From the NCBI RefSeq assembly GCF_004010195.1, contig NC_057718.1, positions 3,412,894-3,449,598 on the forward strand: DNA of 36,705 nucleotides, given 5' to 3'. Position 1 is the stretch's first letter, and each line of letters opens with the position of its first letter. The notes under the pieces are model-generated. The model did no database searches and was not told where the DNA came from. It was given only the letters and a program-made list of their open reading frames with translations. The stretch comes from Chiloscyllium plagiosum (taxonomy: Eukaryota). Position numbers and translations under genes: made by a program. This document shows, piece after piece, positions 1-11,622 of this stretch.

Positions 1-116
1 CCTTTCCGAGTTTTCTGCCTCATTGATATAGTTGTCTTTCTTGACTTCTCTTGTTCTAACTTTCCCTTCAATTTCCTTTTTAAACATCCAGTTTGTCCCC
101 TCCCCCCCCCCGCCAC

Positions 117-728
117 TTAGTTTAAACTTAGCTGTGTTGCAGTAGAAAAACTGCCTGCCAGAATGCTGGTCCCTAACCTATTAAGGTGCAAACCGTCTCT
201 CTTGTAGAATTTATGCTTACCACAAAATATACCCCAGTGATCCAAGAACTTAAATCCTTGATTCCTGCACCAGTTCCCCAACCACACGTTCAAGTTCTTT
301 ATCTCCCTGTTTCTGGCCACACCAGCCCGAGGAACTGGAAACAAACCGGAGATAACCACCTTGGACGTCCTGCTTTTCAGCCTTCTTCCTAGTTCTCCGA
401 AGTCCCGCTGTAGTATGTTCCTCCTCTTCTTCCCGACATCATTTGTGCCGACATGTACTACCACCTCTGGCTCTTCACCCTCGTCCTTGAGGATTTCCTG
501 CACTCTGTTCGCGATGTCTTTCATCCTGGCACCAGGAAGACAACACACCATCCTTAAATCCCGTCTGCTGCCACAAAAACCCCGGTCAGTTCCTCTCACG
601 ATGGAGGCCCCTATTACCACGGCTCTATGCGATGTCCGACTCTTCCGCTCTGCCTCTGCGCCAACTTTTGATTGACAGATCTGACCGCCTTGCGAACTGG
701 CAGTGTCATCAGTCTCTACTGTTTCCAA
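117..728 (-). mobile_element. CR1-type LINE ORF1 fragment (SGNH/esterase domain)
   Basis: ORF has VVIGASIVRG, VCCLPGAR, VVVHVGTND and DGLHLN esterase blocks, and is clearly homologous to ORF1 of the CR1 at 20643-21475. Confidence 0.9.
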
Positions 729-729
729 A

Positions 730-1130
730 AGTAGACCTTCGACCCTGTATCACTTCTTCAATATCTTATATGTCTCACTAAGTTCTTCTCACATTCTGCT
801 AAATCCAGATGAGTACAGACTCAACCAACTCACTATCTCTTCATAAGAATATACCTCCACACTCAGTATCAACCGAGTGAACCTTCTCTGGACTGCCTCC
901 AATGTCAGTGTATTTTCCCACAGATAAGGGACCCACAACAGCCCACATTATTCCAGCTCTGGTCTAACTAGTGCCTTGTATAGTTGTAGCAAAGTCTCCC
1001 TATTTTTTAAAGATATAGGCCAACATTCATCTTCCCTCCTTACTCCCTGATGATCTTGGATGCTAGCTCTCAGTGATTCACACATACTCTCCAACCCTCC
1101 CAGTCCCTCTGTGCTGGGCTATCCAGCAAT
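730..1130 (-). mobile_element. Degenerate CR1 LINE 3' RT fragment
   Basis: Resembles the reverse complement of the CR1 ORF2 C-terminal region seen at 17720-18050 and 28050-28400; no long ORF. Confidence 0.55.
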
Positions 1131-1141
1131 CTTTCCCTTCA

Positions 1142-1470
1142 TGGGAGGCAATGACCAAGTGGCATCATCACTAGATTATTAACACACACATAGGGCATGT
1201 TCTGAGACTCCATATTCAAATCCCTCCATGGAAAATGTTGGAATTTGAACTCCTTAAAAAACCTGGAATCAAACCTCTGATGATGACCATGAAATGAGTG
1301 TGAGGGAAACACCCATCTGGTTTACTGCCATCCTTACTGGGTTAGCCTACATGTGACTCCAGACCCACAGCAAAGAACCCACAGATTCTTAACTGCACCC
1401 TGAGCAATTACGGATGGGTAATAAATGCTGGCTTAGCCAGCAATGTTCACATCTTGAATGAAGAAATAAA
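1142..1470 (+). mobile_element. tRNA-derived SINE, SacSINE1/DeuSINE-like
   Basis: Core cctacatgtgactccagacccacagca and tail aataaatgctggcttagccag, shared with 24553-24888 (-) and 34890-35110; the family name comes from recall of shark SINEs. Confidence 0.65.
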
Positions 1471-2025
1471 ATCATATTCTTCATGTTGAAGTACATGACC
1501 TTGTATTCCCCACAATACATTTCATGTGCCAACATTGTGCCCACTTACTGAACCTGTCTATATCCCTGTGCAGACTTTTTATATCATTCTTACCACTTAG
1601 CTTCCCATTTATTTTTGTGCCATCCACAAATTTTGCTGCAGTCGATTCACTTTCCTCATCTAGTCATTAATATCGATTGTCATTAATTGTGGCCCTCACA
1701 CTGAGCCCTGTGACATTTCACAAATTACAGGTTGTTACTCTGAAAATGTTGCCTTTATTCCAACTACTGCCATTGTTTAGTTAACCAATCCTCTGTCCAT
1801 ACTACTTACAACACCAAGGACTCTCAGCTTTTTAAGTAGCCTCATGTGGGGTACCTTATCAAAAGTGTTTTGAAAATCCAAATACATGACAACGACTGGA
1901 TTCCTTTTATTTATCCTGGTTCATACCTCATCAAAGAGTTCCAGTAAAGTTGCCTGGCATTATTTATCCTTTGTGATGCCATGCTGACTCTGCTGATTGA
2001 TGTTATACATTTCTAAATGTTCTGC
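1470..2025 (-). mobile_element. Old CR1 RT fragment, part of the unit duplicated upstream of V exons 1 and 2
   Basis: Reverse complement of the RT region (ggtaccttatcaaaagtgttttgaaaatccaaatac corresponds to YLDFQxxFDKVP); 1741-2025 aligns with 4861-5135. Confidence 0.6.
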
Positions 2026-2548
2026 CGATACCATTAGCATCACCATCATCACTATCATTATTGCTATTGCTGGGGGTGAGCTGCCTTCTTGAACCATTGC
2101 AGTCCATGTCCTGCAGGTAGACTCACAATGCTCTCAGGGAGAGAATTCCAGAATTTTGATCCACCAATACTGAATGAACAGCGATATATTTTCAAATCAG
2201 AATGGTGAGTGGCTTGGAGGGGATCTTGCTGCGTTTGTAATTCCAGATGGAAGTGAATGTAGGTTTGATCATGCTGCAAAAGAAATTGTCATGGCCAAAA
2301 TGTCAATGAGATTTTCAACAGAGTTGACAAATATTATTTAACACTCTATATATTTAATTATTCCTGTTTCTGTTGATGGATTTTGTTTGATCTGAATCGG
2401 TTACAACTGCAGCTCAATGATTCCGTGTTCTCTCCTGTTCTCTCTGTTTAATTCAAGACTCCTTCCACCCTATCAGATCCTTTCAATACGGCAGTACAGA
2501 GAATCTGCTCTTGTGAGAATAAAAGTACTGTTATCTTTTTCTTTAAAG

Positions 2549-2878
2549 TTATCACTGGTCCAGTACTTCTCCAGTCTCCGAGCCTGGAACGTGTCACCGA
2601 GGGTCACACTGACCGGTTACACCATGAGGAACACCGCAGTGACACACACTGATGTTTACTGGTACAGACTGTCCACAGAACAAATTATGGAGCAGGTTTT
2701 AACACATCCTCCACGCAATGGAGCCCAGGTTTCACTGAGCGATTCCAGCATTTCAGAGACCCTTCCTGTAACAGCTTCATTCTGACCATCACAAACGTGC
2801 AGCCCAGTGACACTGGGGTATATTACTGCTCAGTCTGGAGAATGATCTATGGGAGAGGAAGCCAACTTATTGTCAACA
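2549..2878 (+). pseudogene. Ig V-set exon with germline-joined J-like strand (VJ exon 1), frameshifted
   Basis: tttaaag acceptor and gtaagt donor, phase 1-1. Starts ITGPVLLQSPSLERVTEGHT and ends FILTITNVQPSDTGVYYCSVWRMIYGRGSQLIVN. It is 15 nt shorter than exon 2: a 5-nt deletion removes the first Cys codon and there is a 10-nt deletion. TGA at 2650-2652. Confidence 0.9.
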
Positions 2879-4404
2879 GTAAGTAGAGTTTGCATGACAA
2901 TCACCTCCAACAATAACCTGTGGGAAATGTGAAGCTTTATCCTCGAGAATGAATGATATTAAATCCATGCGACTCACAAGAGTGTCAGTACCATTGGACT
3001 GGGTGAGCAGAGTCAGGAAGATTGCTCTATGAGGTGTCACATCTGCAGGGGAATCTCTCAGGGATTGGGAATGAAACACTGAGTGCAAAGGGGCACACCG
3101 TGTCTCTCCATTCCAGAGACATTTCAATCAGGATAAAGGGAACCACTCTACATTGAGCATAGGGCAAGAGGAGGGGCTTGTTCTCCATGAAGTCCCACAG
3201 CTGAGACTGGGATTGAAGCTGAGATGTTGTCATTATTCTACATTATACTACAGCCAACTGAGTCATCTGATTAGGGAAGATTCTGGGAGTATAGTATTCT
3301 GGGAATTTCCAACATATTTAGCTGCAGCTTCATGTTGAATGTTGCTGAGATTCTGGCTCCAGTCCCCATCCTGGCTCAAGTAGTTCCTGGGGCTTTCTCT
3401 TCTACTTCTCCCATTTTGGGGGACTGGGCAGCCAATAGCAGATCAGATGTAATGCAGAGAGAAGTAAGGATACTCAGATTCGATGGAAAAGTAAGAGCAG
3501 TGGAGACAATTTTATTTAAAAGTGCAATTCTAATGGGTGTGCAGGAGCAGACAGAGCTGGGAGTATATTCTTTCATTGAAATAATTCATGAAATGTATAA
3601 GAACCACTGTTTAAAGTTCTGTAGCAAAATGAAAGCACTGGTTTCACCCAATTCACATGAAATTGAAAAAATTCTGAGATATCATCTAATGTGATGTCCT
3701 TGCTGTACTGGAATGGTCTTTCATTCAGGCATTTTTTCAACATATAGTAGGAACTACTTCTGCAGAGCCGTGTTAGCCTGTCTGTGAATGAATATAAGTT
3801 TGAAATTAATGAGATATGGTTTAATCTCAAATAGAAATACAGTTGTAGATCACATTTTCTGCTTGTTTCAAGAATCAGTCTTGCTGATCATAAATGTCAT
3901 GTTTGAGATCATTAATCAACCTGCTTTTTTAACTTGGAGGACAGAAAATAGATAAAATGGCTGTTGATTCAGTGGCACATTTAGTATGGCTTGTGGTTAA
4001 CTGGGGCTTGATTACCCATGCACTCCCCTCATTAGAGTTTAAATACTGATGTGAGGTGGATGGTTTCTGTATAATTTTAATGTCATTTTGCATGGAGTTT
4101 GAATTCTGAATGAGTGACTTATGGTTTTGGTCTTTGTGTGTATGAGAGGATTTAAAGATTAAAATGACAATATTTCTGCAGCGATGATTCATTTTTTAAA
4201 AAAGAAATCAATCTGACAGAAACAGTTCTTGGAGTGTGAATGGGAATTTTTTTGCTTTGGGAGAGATTTTATGAGCAGACAAAGTAAACTGTGAAATCAT
4301 TAGGTTGCTTGCAGGTTGATGGAATTGGATTGTTTTTCAGTTCAAAGAGGCACCTATTACTTGGAAAGTCTGTTTTTTCTAATTCACAGAATCCTGGTGG
4401 GTAA

Positions 4405-4755
4405 TTAGATTAGATTAGATTCCCTACAGTGTGAAAACAGGTCATTTGGTCCAACAAGTCCACACTGATCCTCCAAACAGTAACCCACTGAGACCCATTC
4501 CCCTCCCCTATATTTACCCCAGACCCATTTCCCTCTGACTAATGCACCTAACACTATGGGCAATTTAGCATGGTCAATTCACCTAACCTGCACATCTTTG
4601 GATTGTGGGAGGAAACTGGAGCACCCGGAGGAATCCCCCGCAGACACAGGGAGAATGTACAACCTCCATACAGACAGCCATCCGAGGCTGGAATCGAACC
4701 CAGGTTCCTGGCACTGTGAGGCAGCAGTGCTAACCACTAAGCCACCATGCCACCC
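4405..4755 (-). mobile_element. HE1-type V-SINE
   Basis: Reverse complement of the tRNA-like head (gtggttagcactgctgcctcacag), V-domain core and (tctaa)n tail; matches 6649-6950. Confidence 0.9.
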
Positions 4756-5139
4756 AAAATTTGCTTAAATATTTAAAGCATTTCCTCTTGATGAATGGTA
4801 ACATTTTTGAATAGAAATAGGGGACCTCAGGGTAAGCAGTTTATTTTGAGAATTGCCACCCTGAAAATGCCACATTTATCCCCAACTCCTTGCCATTGGT
4901 TAGTCAGTAAATCCTCTGTCCTTATTACCTACAACGTTAAGGACTCTCATTGCATTAAGTAGCTTAATGTGTGGTACCTTATTTAAATTTAAATACATTA
5001 TCAACTGGATCCCCTTTATCTATCCTGCTTCTTACCTCATCAAAGTGTTCCAATAAATTTGTCTGGCATTATTTATCCTTCATGGCACCATATTGACTCT
5101 GCTGAGTCATACCAGATATTTCTACATGTTCTGCCTATA

Positions 5140-5181
5140 CCACCATCATCATCATCATCATCACTATTATCATCATTATTA
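5140..5181 (+). repeat. (CAT/TAT)n microsatellite
   Basis: caccatcatcatcatcatcatcactattatcatcattatta; a shorter paralogue lies at 2031-2062. Confidence 0.85.
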
Positions 5182-5184
5182 TCT

Positions 5185-7963
5185 GAAAATGAACCTTCCA
5201 TCTCAGCGAGCAATATTCTGTTCTCTTTTGTTTGTGCTTAATCTTGAAAATAAATTCTGTTTTGTTTAAAACTACGTGGGTTGACAAACTGCATATGTCC
5301 TGGAATATCCACATTACATATACTAAAACAGCTATCAAAGCTAGAGTCTGGTCCACTTTCTGAAATGTTTTGAGGGGGTCTGGCCTGGTCCATAGCAGAT
5401 TGGGGCTATGTGTGGGATTTGTTCTTTCCTTCTGATTTGGTATTAGTGTTGTTGGACTCGAAGGCAGCGAGTGGTAGGTGTTAGTGTCTTTTGTTACAGG
5501 TGTTACTTGGGATAGCAATGGCTCTTTCAGTCACTAAGAATTTTCTGGGGGTGGAAGAAGTGACCTTGGGGGTTTTACAAGAGGTGGTTAAGGCCAAGCG
5601 GCTGGAATTAGCAGACAAGCTGAGGTTGGAGCTGCCTCCTTCCGTGAGGAAAGGAGAGATAATTACAGTGATAGCTCAGCATTTACATTTGCTGGAAATG
5701 CCATCAGAATCCTTAGAGATGGCTAAAACATCATTGAAAATGAAACAGTTTGTATTACGATTAAAAGCAGAAGAAAGGAAAATAAAATTAATGGCTTTAG
5801 CAGAACAAAAAGAAAAAAAGAGAGAAAAGAATCAAGAAAGAGAGAGAGAACAGCAAGAAAAAGTGAAAGAAAGAGAGAGAGAGAAGAGAGAGGAAAGGAG
5901 AAAGAGGAAAGGAAGAAAGAGAGAGAGCTTGAACTTCAGAAATTGGCACTTAGCCTGGAAAGTCAGCTGAAAAGGATGGAGCTGAAGGTAAGCTGAGTGA
6001 GGAACAGAGTGAGGATGAGCAAACCCATGGTAGCTAAAGGCCTGATGAGAAACTGTTTAAATATATTCAAGCATTGCCCAAATTTGATGAGGAGGATGTG
6101 GAAGCCTTTTTCATCTCATTTGAAAAGGTGGCTAAACAAATGTAATGGCCAGTGACCATGTGGGTTTTGTCGATCCAAATAAAACTTGTAGGTAGAGCTA
6201 GTCAGGTATTCGCATCACTATCAGAGGAGCTGTCTGGGGCATAAGAGGAACTGAAGAAAACCATCTTCTGTGCAGATGTGATTGTGCCAGAAGCCTATAG
6301 GCAATGTTTCAGGAATGTAAGGAGGGACCCTGATCAAATCTACAAATAAAGGAATTTGGATAGGTGGATACGGGCATTAAAAACAGAGCAAAACTTGACT
6401 CCTTATGAGAGATTATTATTTTGGGGGAGTTTAAAAATTCACTTCCTGAAGTAGTAAGAACTCATGTGGAAGAGCAGAAAGTTAAAACAGCAAGATTAGC
6501 TGCTGAAATGGCTGATGGTTATGAGTTAGCCCATAAATCAAAGTTTAGCTTCCAAAATCAATTTCAATCCATGGGAGATGGAAATTGGGGAAAATAGAAA
6601 TTCTTGCATGGAAAGGGAAGGGTAGATCTCAGTGATGATCATAAGGACGGCACGGTGGTACAGTGGTTAGCACTGTTGCCTCACAGTGCCAGAGACCCGG
6701 GTTCAATTCCCGCCTCAGGCGACTGTGTGGAGTTTACACGTTCTCCCCGTGTCTGCGTGGGTTTCCTCCAGGTGCTCCGGTTTCCTCCCATAGTCCAAAG
6801 ATGTGCAGGTAAGGTGAATTGGCCATGCTAAATTGCCCGTAGTGTTAGGTAAGGGGTAAATGTAGGGGTATGGGTGGGTTGCGCTTCGGCGGGTCGGTGT
6901 GGACTTGTTGGGCCGAATGGCCTGTTTCCACACTGTAATGTAATCTAATCTAAGGACAACATGCCACATGTTAAAAAAGAATTCTTGAAGAGGAAAGGAA
7001 GTTAAAAAGCTTTCGTGTTTTTACTGCAATAAAGTAGGCCACATGAAATCACAGTGTTGGTGGGTTAGTAAAAACACTGGGAAGCCAGATATAGGAAACA
7101 GGCTAAGCCAGTGACTTTTGTTGGAGTGGTAATGGAAAACACAGTGGAGGCTAGAAAGCTGCACCAGAATGTACAAGTTAGTCAGAGGTTGGTTTTGGAG
7201 CAAGTGCCAGATCTTCTTAAACCATATACCTGCAATGGTAAAGTTTACCTGGATAGCAGGTAAAGAAGTTAGGATATTAAGAGATACGGTATCCTCTCAA
7301 TCTGTGATGCTGAAAAATGAAGAGAGATGTACTTCTGATGGACTATTGCCAGCAAAGGTGCTAGTACTAGGAATTCAAGGTGAGGCAGGAAATGGTCAGT
7401 TCTATAAAGTGAGCTCAGAGTGTCTAGTGAAGAATAGAAAAGTCATGGTAGAAGGACTGGACAAACTCTCAGCACTAAGAATACAATTTGTCCTTGGTAA
7501 TGATATAGCTGGGTCACAGGTGGGAGTGTGATCAGTGGTGATTGGACAGCCAGTGGAAACTCAGGCAACTGAGTCATTGCAGGACACATATTCTGGGATT
7601 TTTCCTGACTGTGTGGCAATGAGGCTACAAAGTCACCAGTTGAAATAGAGAGATCAAAGAGTACGAATAAGAAAATTGAAGTGGAATTAGCAGATACCCT
7701 GTTTGATCAGATGGTTAGCATAAACTAGGAACAAATAGATGACAAAGCAAACATCTTTAGCTCAGATAAATTAACAGAATTACTGCAGAAAGATGAAAAT
7801 TGAAAGTAATCGTATCGAAAGGCATACGCAGAAAAAGAATCTGAAAGTATCCCTGAATGTTATTATCTTTAAAATGATGTCTTAATAGGGATATGGAGAC
7901 CATCACATATTCAGGCAGATGAGAAATGGGAAGAAGTTCATCAAGTCATACTGCCAGTGGGTA
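5185..7963 (+). mobile_element. Decayed Gypsy (Gmr1-like, SCAN-containing) LTR retrotransposon: partial LTR, gag, protease
   Basis: Gag-like ORF 5491-5970; FDEEDVEAFFISFEKVA and PEAYRQ motifs (6080-6305); zinc knuckle CFYCNKVGHMKSQC (~7016-7057); ILRDT protease motif (~7275); many stops. Confidence 0.8.
6649..6950 (+). mobile_element. Full-length HE1-type V-SINE inserted in Gypsy gag
   Basis: A box (tggtacagtgg), B box (ggttcaattcc), V core and taatc tail; flanked by TSD TAAGGAC (6642-6648, 6951-6957). Confidence 0.93.
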
Positions 7964-7964
7964 G

Positions 7965-8113
7965 TCTAGCCTGGTACATAACAAGCAGAACCTCTGACAC
8001 TTCTTTTTTATATTTGTCAGCCAAGTCTCCCTGACTAGACCATGTTAACAGCCCCAAACAGGGAACTCATGTTCTATGAGGTCCACCTAACTGACCACAT
8101 TACAGTCACTACA
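7965..8113 (-). mobile_element. Possible LTR 5' fragment
   Basis: Reverse complement starts TGTAGTG and contains atataaaa; absent from the paralogous sequence upstream of V exon 1. Confidence 0.4.
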
Positions 8114-8516
8114 AAGAAACAATGATATATTCCAAGAGAGGATGATGAGTGGTTTGGAGGGAGACTTGCAGGGGGTGGTGTTCCTCTTTATCTGCTGCCC
8201 TTGTCCTTCTCGATGGAAGTGAATGTGAGTTTTGAATCTGTTGCAGAAAAACAATTGGTGCATCCAAACTGTTGATCAGATTCTGACGAGAGTTGGGAAA
8301 TATTATTTAACAGACTGCTTATTCAATTATTTCTATTCGTGTTGATGGATTTTTTTTATCTGAATCAGTCACAGATGCATCTCAATCATTTAGTGTAATA
8401 ATGTGCTCTCTCTGTTTAACTCAAAACTCCTACCATCCTGTCAGATCCTTTCAATACGGCAGTACAGAGAATCTGCTCTTGTGGGAATAAACTGATTGTT
8501 ATCTGTTTCTTTAAAG

Positions 8517-8861
8517 GCATCAGTAGTCCAGTCGTTCTCCAGTCTCCAAGCCTGGAACATGTCACCCAGGATCACACTGCCCGGTTCCACTGCACCATGA
8601 GGAACACCACAGTGACACATACCGATGTTCACTGGTACCGACTCTCCACAGAAGAAATTATGGAGTGGGTTTTAATACATTCAGAAAGTGGCTCCACAGA
8701 ATGGAACCCAGGATTCACTGAGCATTTCCAGCCTTCCATAGATACCTCCAGTAACAGTTTCATTCTGACCATCACAAACGTGCAGCCCAATGACACTGGG
8801 GTCTATTACTGCTCAATCTGGGGAAGGATCTATGGGAGAGGAAGCCAGCTCAATATCACCA
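8517..8861 (+). CDS. Intact Ig V-set exon with germline-joined J-like strand (VJ exon 2) of a non-rearranging antigen-receptor-like protein
   Basis: tttaaag acceptor, gtacgt donor, 345 nt, phase 1-1, open: ISSPVVLQSPSLEHVTQDHTARFHCTMRNTTVTHTDVHWYRLSTEEIMEWVLIHSESGSTEWNPGFTEHFQPSIDTSSNSFILTITNVQPNDTGVYYCSIWGRIYGRGSQLNIT. Both Cys, WY, DxGxYYC and the GxG J motif are present. Confidence 0.9.
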
Positions 8862-9134
8862 GTACGTAGAGTTGACATGACAATCTCCTCCAGCAATAAC
8901 CTCTGATCAAATGAATGAATTGGAGATCAGTATGTTATCAAGAAGATTGGGGAGGTGATGGACAGTGATCTCGGGGATGGATTCTCTGTTGGAAGGAAGC
9001 TGAGCTCAGGTGCAGCAATTTATTTAATTGTTTTGTGAGATGTGGGTGTCACTGGCGGGGCCAGCATTTATTGCCCATCCTTAATTGCCCTGAAGAAGGT
9101 GGTGCTGAGCTGCCACCTTGAACCACTGCAGAGA

Positions 9135-9830
9135 TCCATTTCTGGGTTGTGGTCGGGCTCCTACACAATCTATTAAGACCCTGCTAAACGGTTCTTCATA
9201 AACTACGATCGGAATTAAAGGTGAAGCTTTAATTGAGGGTTGGAGATTCCCCAAGTCATGATGTGGACCAGATTGTTTGGTAAAATTTAACATTCAAAGT
9301 TTGTGCGAAGATTTGTAGCTCGGGTGCTCGTTGTTGTGGTTCTGTTGAGGCATGGCATTCATCCACAAACTCCATCAACAAACACATCGACCTGGACCCA
9401 ATATACCAACCACTACAGCGGACAGCTGAAACTGACAACCGAAAGCGGCAGGGACAGACCACTATAAACACCGGAGAAAACATCAAAGAAGCACTTCGCA
9501 AGAGGCTCCCAAGCACTGATGATGTCGCCTAGCTAGGGGACGAAACGATTGCAACAAAAACTTCCAGCTCGGCAAACAGAACCACAACAAAATTTAACTT
9601 CTTTGTGTAACCCTGACCAATAAAAATGTTTAATATATTGGACTGTATGTTCCTCATCCATAAATGACCTGCCATTAGAATTTCACAAGCTAGTTTGTAA
9701 AGTTTCATTCTAGTCCTCAGATGGAGTGCCTACCTGATGGACCACTGTCCATTCCTTAGCACCTGGTATTTGGCATGGTCTCTATTTCCTTATTAATACT
9801 TTGTCTTTCAAACAATAACACTCAGAGACG
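9135..9830 (-). mobile_element. Gypsy integrase fragment, split by a Penelope insert
   Basis: PLIPIVVYEEPFSRVLIDCVG integrase motif on the - strand; continues on the other side of 9292-9588. Confidence 0.7.
9292..9588. mobile_element. Penelope-like element fragment with inverted end and hammerhead motif
   Basis: TSD AAAATTTAAC (9282-9291, 9589-9598); ttgttgtggttctgtt is inverted relative to aacagaaccacaacaa; EAWHSSTNSINKHIDLDPIY GIY-YIG tail; CTGATGA..GAAAC at 9516-9546. Confidence 0.8.
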
Positions 9831-9849
9831 TTATGATTCTATTTCTGAG

Positions 9850-10482
9850 GATAAAAACAGAAATTGCTGGAAAATCTCAGCATCTGTGGAGAGAAATCAG
9901 AATCAATTTGGCGGGTCCATTGACCCTTGTACAGAACTAATGGCAATGAGGAAAATGATGTTTTTTTATACAGAAGATGGAGTGGGGAGGAGTAGGATGG
10001 TAAATGATAGATGGACATAGAGCCCAGTGTGAGGGAAAAAACTGTTGACAGGCAAAGGAGTGGGTTATGGTTGATCTGGGGGAATGAGCAGCTGCTGACG
10101 GGGCTAGTTAGTGGCTGAAAATGGGTAGTGTGCTGTAGCTGACTGTGTAATGACAAGGCCTGGTGTGTGGGGGAGGGGAAAAGCATGGGGAAAGTGCTCA
10201 GTCTCTAAAATTGTTGAACTCGATATTAATTCCAGAAAGCTGCAGGGTAACCAAGTGGAAAATGAGGTGCTGTTGTTCCAGCTTGCTCTGAGCTTCACGA
10301 GAGCACTGTAGCAAGACTGAGACAGATGTTGGCCAGGGAACACAATGATGTGTTGGACTCGCAAGCAACTGGGAGATTAGTGCCATTTTTGCAGACAGAA
10401 TGCAGGTGTTCTGAGAAGGGGTCACCCAGTCTGTGCTTCATTTCCCAAATGAAAGGAGACCACATTATGAGCAGTGAATACA
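9850..10482 (-). mobile_element. Penelope-like element 3' part (GIY-YIG tail plus pLTR)
   Basis: KLEQQHLIFHLVTLQLSGINIEFNNF on the - strand; typical terminus aaaaacagaaattgctggaaaatctcagca. Confidence 0.75.
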
Positions 10483-10489
10483 GTTTGTC

Positions 10490-10870
10490 TCATCACAGAA
10501 TACTCAGAGGCCTGGATAGAGTGAACGTGGACAAGATGTTTGTTGGAGAGAGTAGGATCCAGGGCATAGCCTTAAAATGAATGACAATCAATTACAGCTG
10601 AGATGAAGAGGGATTTATTCAGACACAAGGTGGTAAATCTGTGGAACTCATTGCTGCAGAGAGCTGTAGAGGCCAAGTCATTGAGTATATTTAAGAAAGA
10701 GATAGATAAGTTCCTATGAGCAAATAGATCAAGGGCTATGGGGAGAGAGCAAGAGAATGAGATTAAAACATATCAGGAGAATGGGTTTGAAACATGATCG
10801 AATGGTAGAGCAGACCTGATGGACTGAATGGCCTAATTCTGCTCCTATATCCTATGGCCTTATGGTCTAT
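10490..10870 (+). mobile_element. CR1 LINE 3' end
   Basis: ILRGLDRV...VVNLWNSL ORF2 end, gatggactgaatggcct 3' UTR and (ctatgg)n-like tail. Confidence 0.8.
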
Positions 10871-11002
10871 AATGTCATGGTTAGTTTGAATAATTAACTC
10901 CACTGGTTCACTCTGATACTCTGACCATCTGTCCTTTCTCGTTAACTCTAAATTGGAGTTGTTCAGACAAGTTTTAATTTATTCATACGTTTTCTCTTAA
11001 AG

Positions 11003-11346
11003 GTGCAAATGTCCCAGTCCTTCTCCAGTCTCCGAGCTTGGGACATGTCACCAAGGGTCACACTGCCCAGTTACAGTACACCATGAGGAATTCTGCAGTG
11101 ACACACACTGATGTTCACTGGGACCGGGAAATAAACTAGGGAATAGCTTGGAGTGGGTTTTACACATGGCATGAAGAATGCCACACAATGGAGTCCAGGA
11201 TTCACTCAGCGATTCTAGCCTTCCAGAGATCCCTCCAATAACAGCTTCATTCTGACCATCACAAACGTGCAGCCCAGTGACGCTGGGATCTATTACTGTA
11301 AAGTGTGGGGAGATATCAGTGGGCATGGAACCCGGCTGACTAATAG
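11003..11346 (+). pseudogene. VJ exon 3, inactivated
   Basis: ttaaag acceptor, gtaagt donor. Starts ANVPVLLQSPSLGHVTKGHTAQLQYTMRN (TAC at the Cys position, 11077-11079), has TAG at 11137-11139 plus further indels and a stop, and ends FILTITNVQPSDAGIYYCKVWGDISGHGTRLT. Confidence 0.9.
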
Positions 11347-11369
11347 GTAAGTCCTGTTTAACTTTTTTT

Positions 11370-11622
11370 TAGATTAGATTCCCTACAGTGTGGAAACAGG
11401 CCCTTTGGTCCAACAAGCCCACACCAACCCTCCGAAAAGTAATCCATCCAGTCCCATTTCCGTCTGACTAATGCACCTAACACTATGGCAATTTAGCATG
11501 GCCAATTCAACTGACCTGCCCATCTTTGGACTGTGTGAGGAAACCGGAGCAGCCAGAGGGAACCCACACAGACAATGGGAAAATGTGCAAACTCCACACA
11601 AACAGTTGCCCAAGGCTGGAAT
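11370..11622 (-). mobile_element. HE1-type V-SINE, 5'-truncated
   Basis: Matches the V core and tail of 4405-4755. Confidence 0.88.

Noticed and set aside
3332-3694. 120-aa ORF with a paralogous ORF at 26066-26383
   Set aside because: Part of the duplicated intron; non-ATG start, no recognisable domain or splice signals, and the frames diverge at the 3' end
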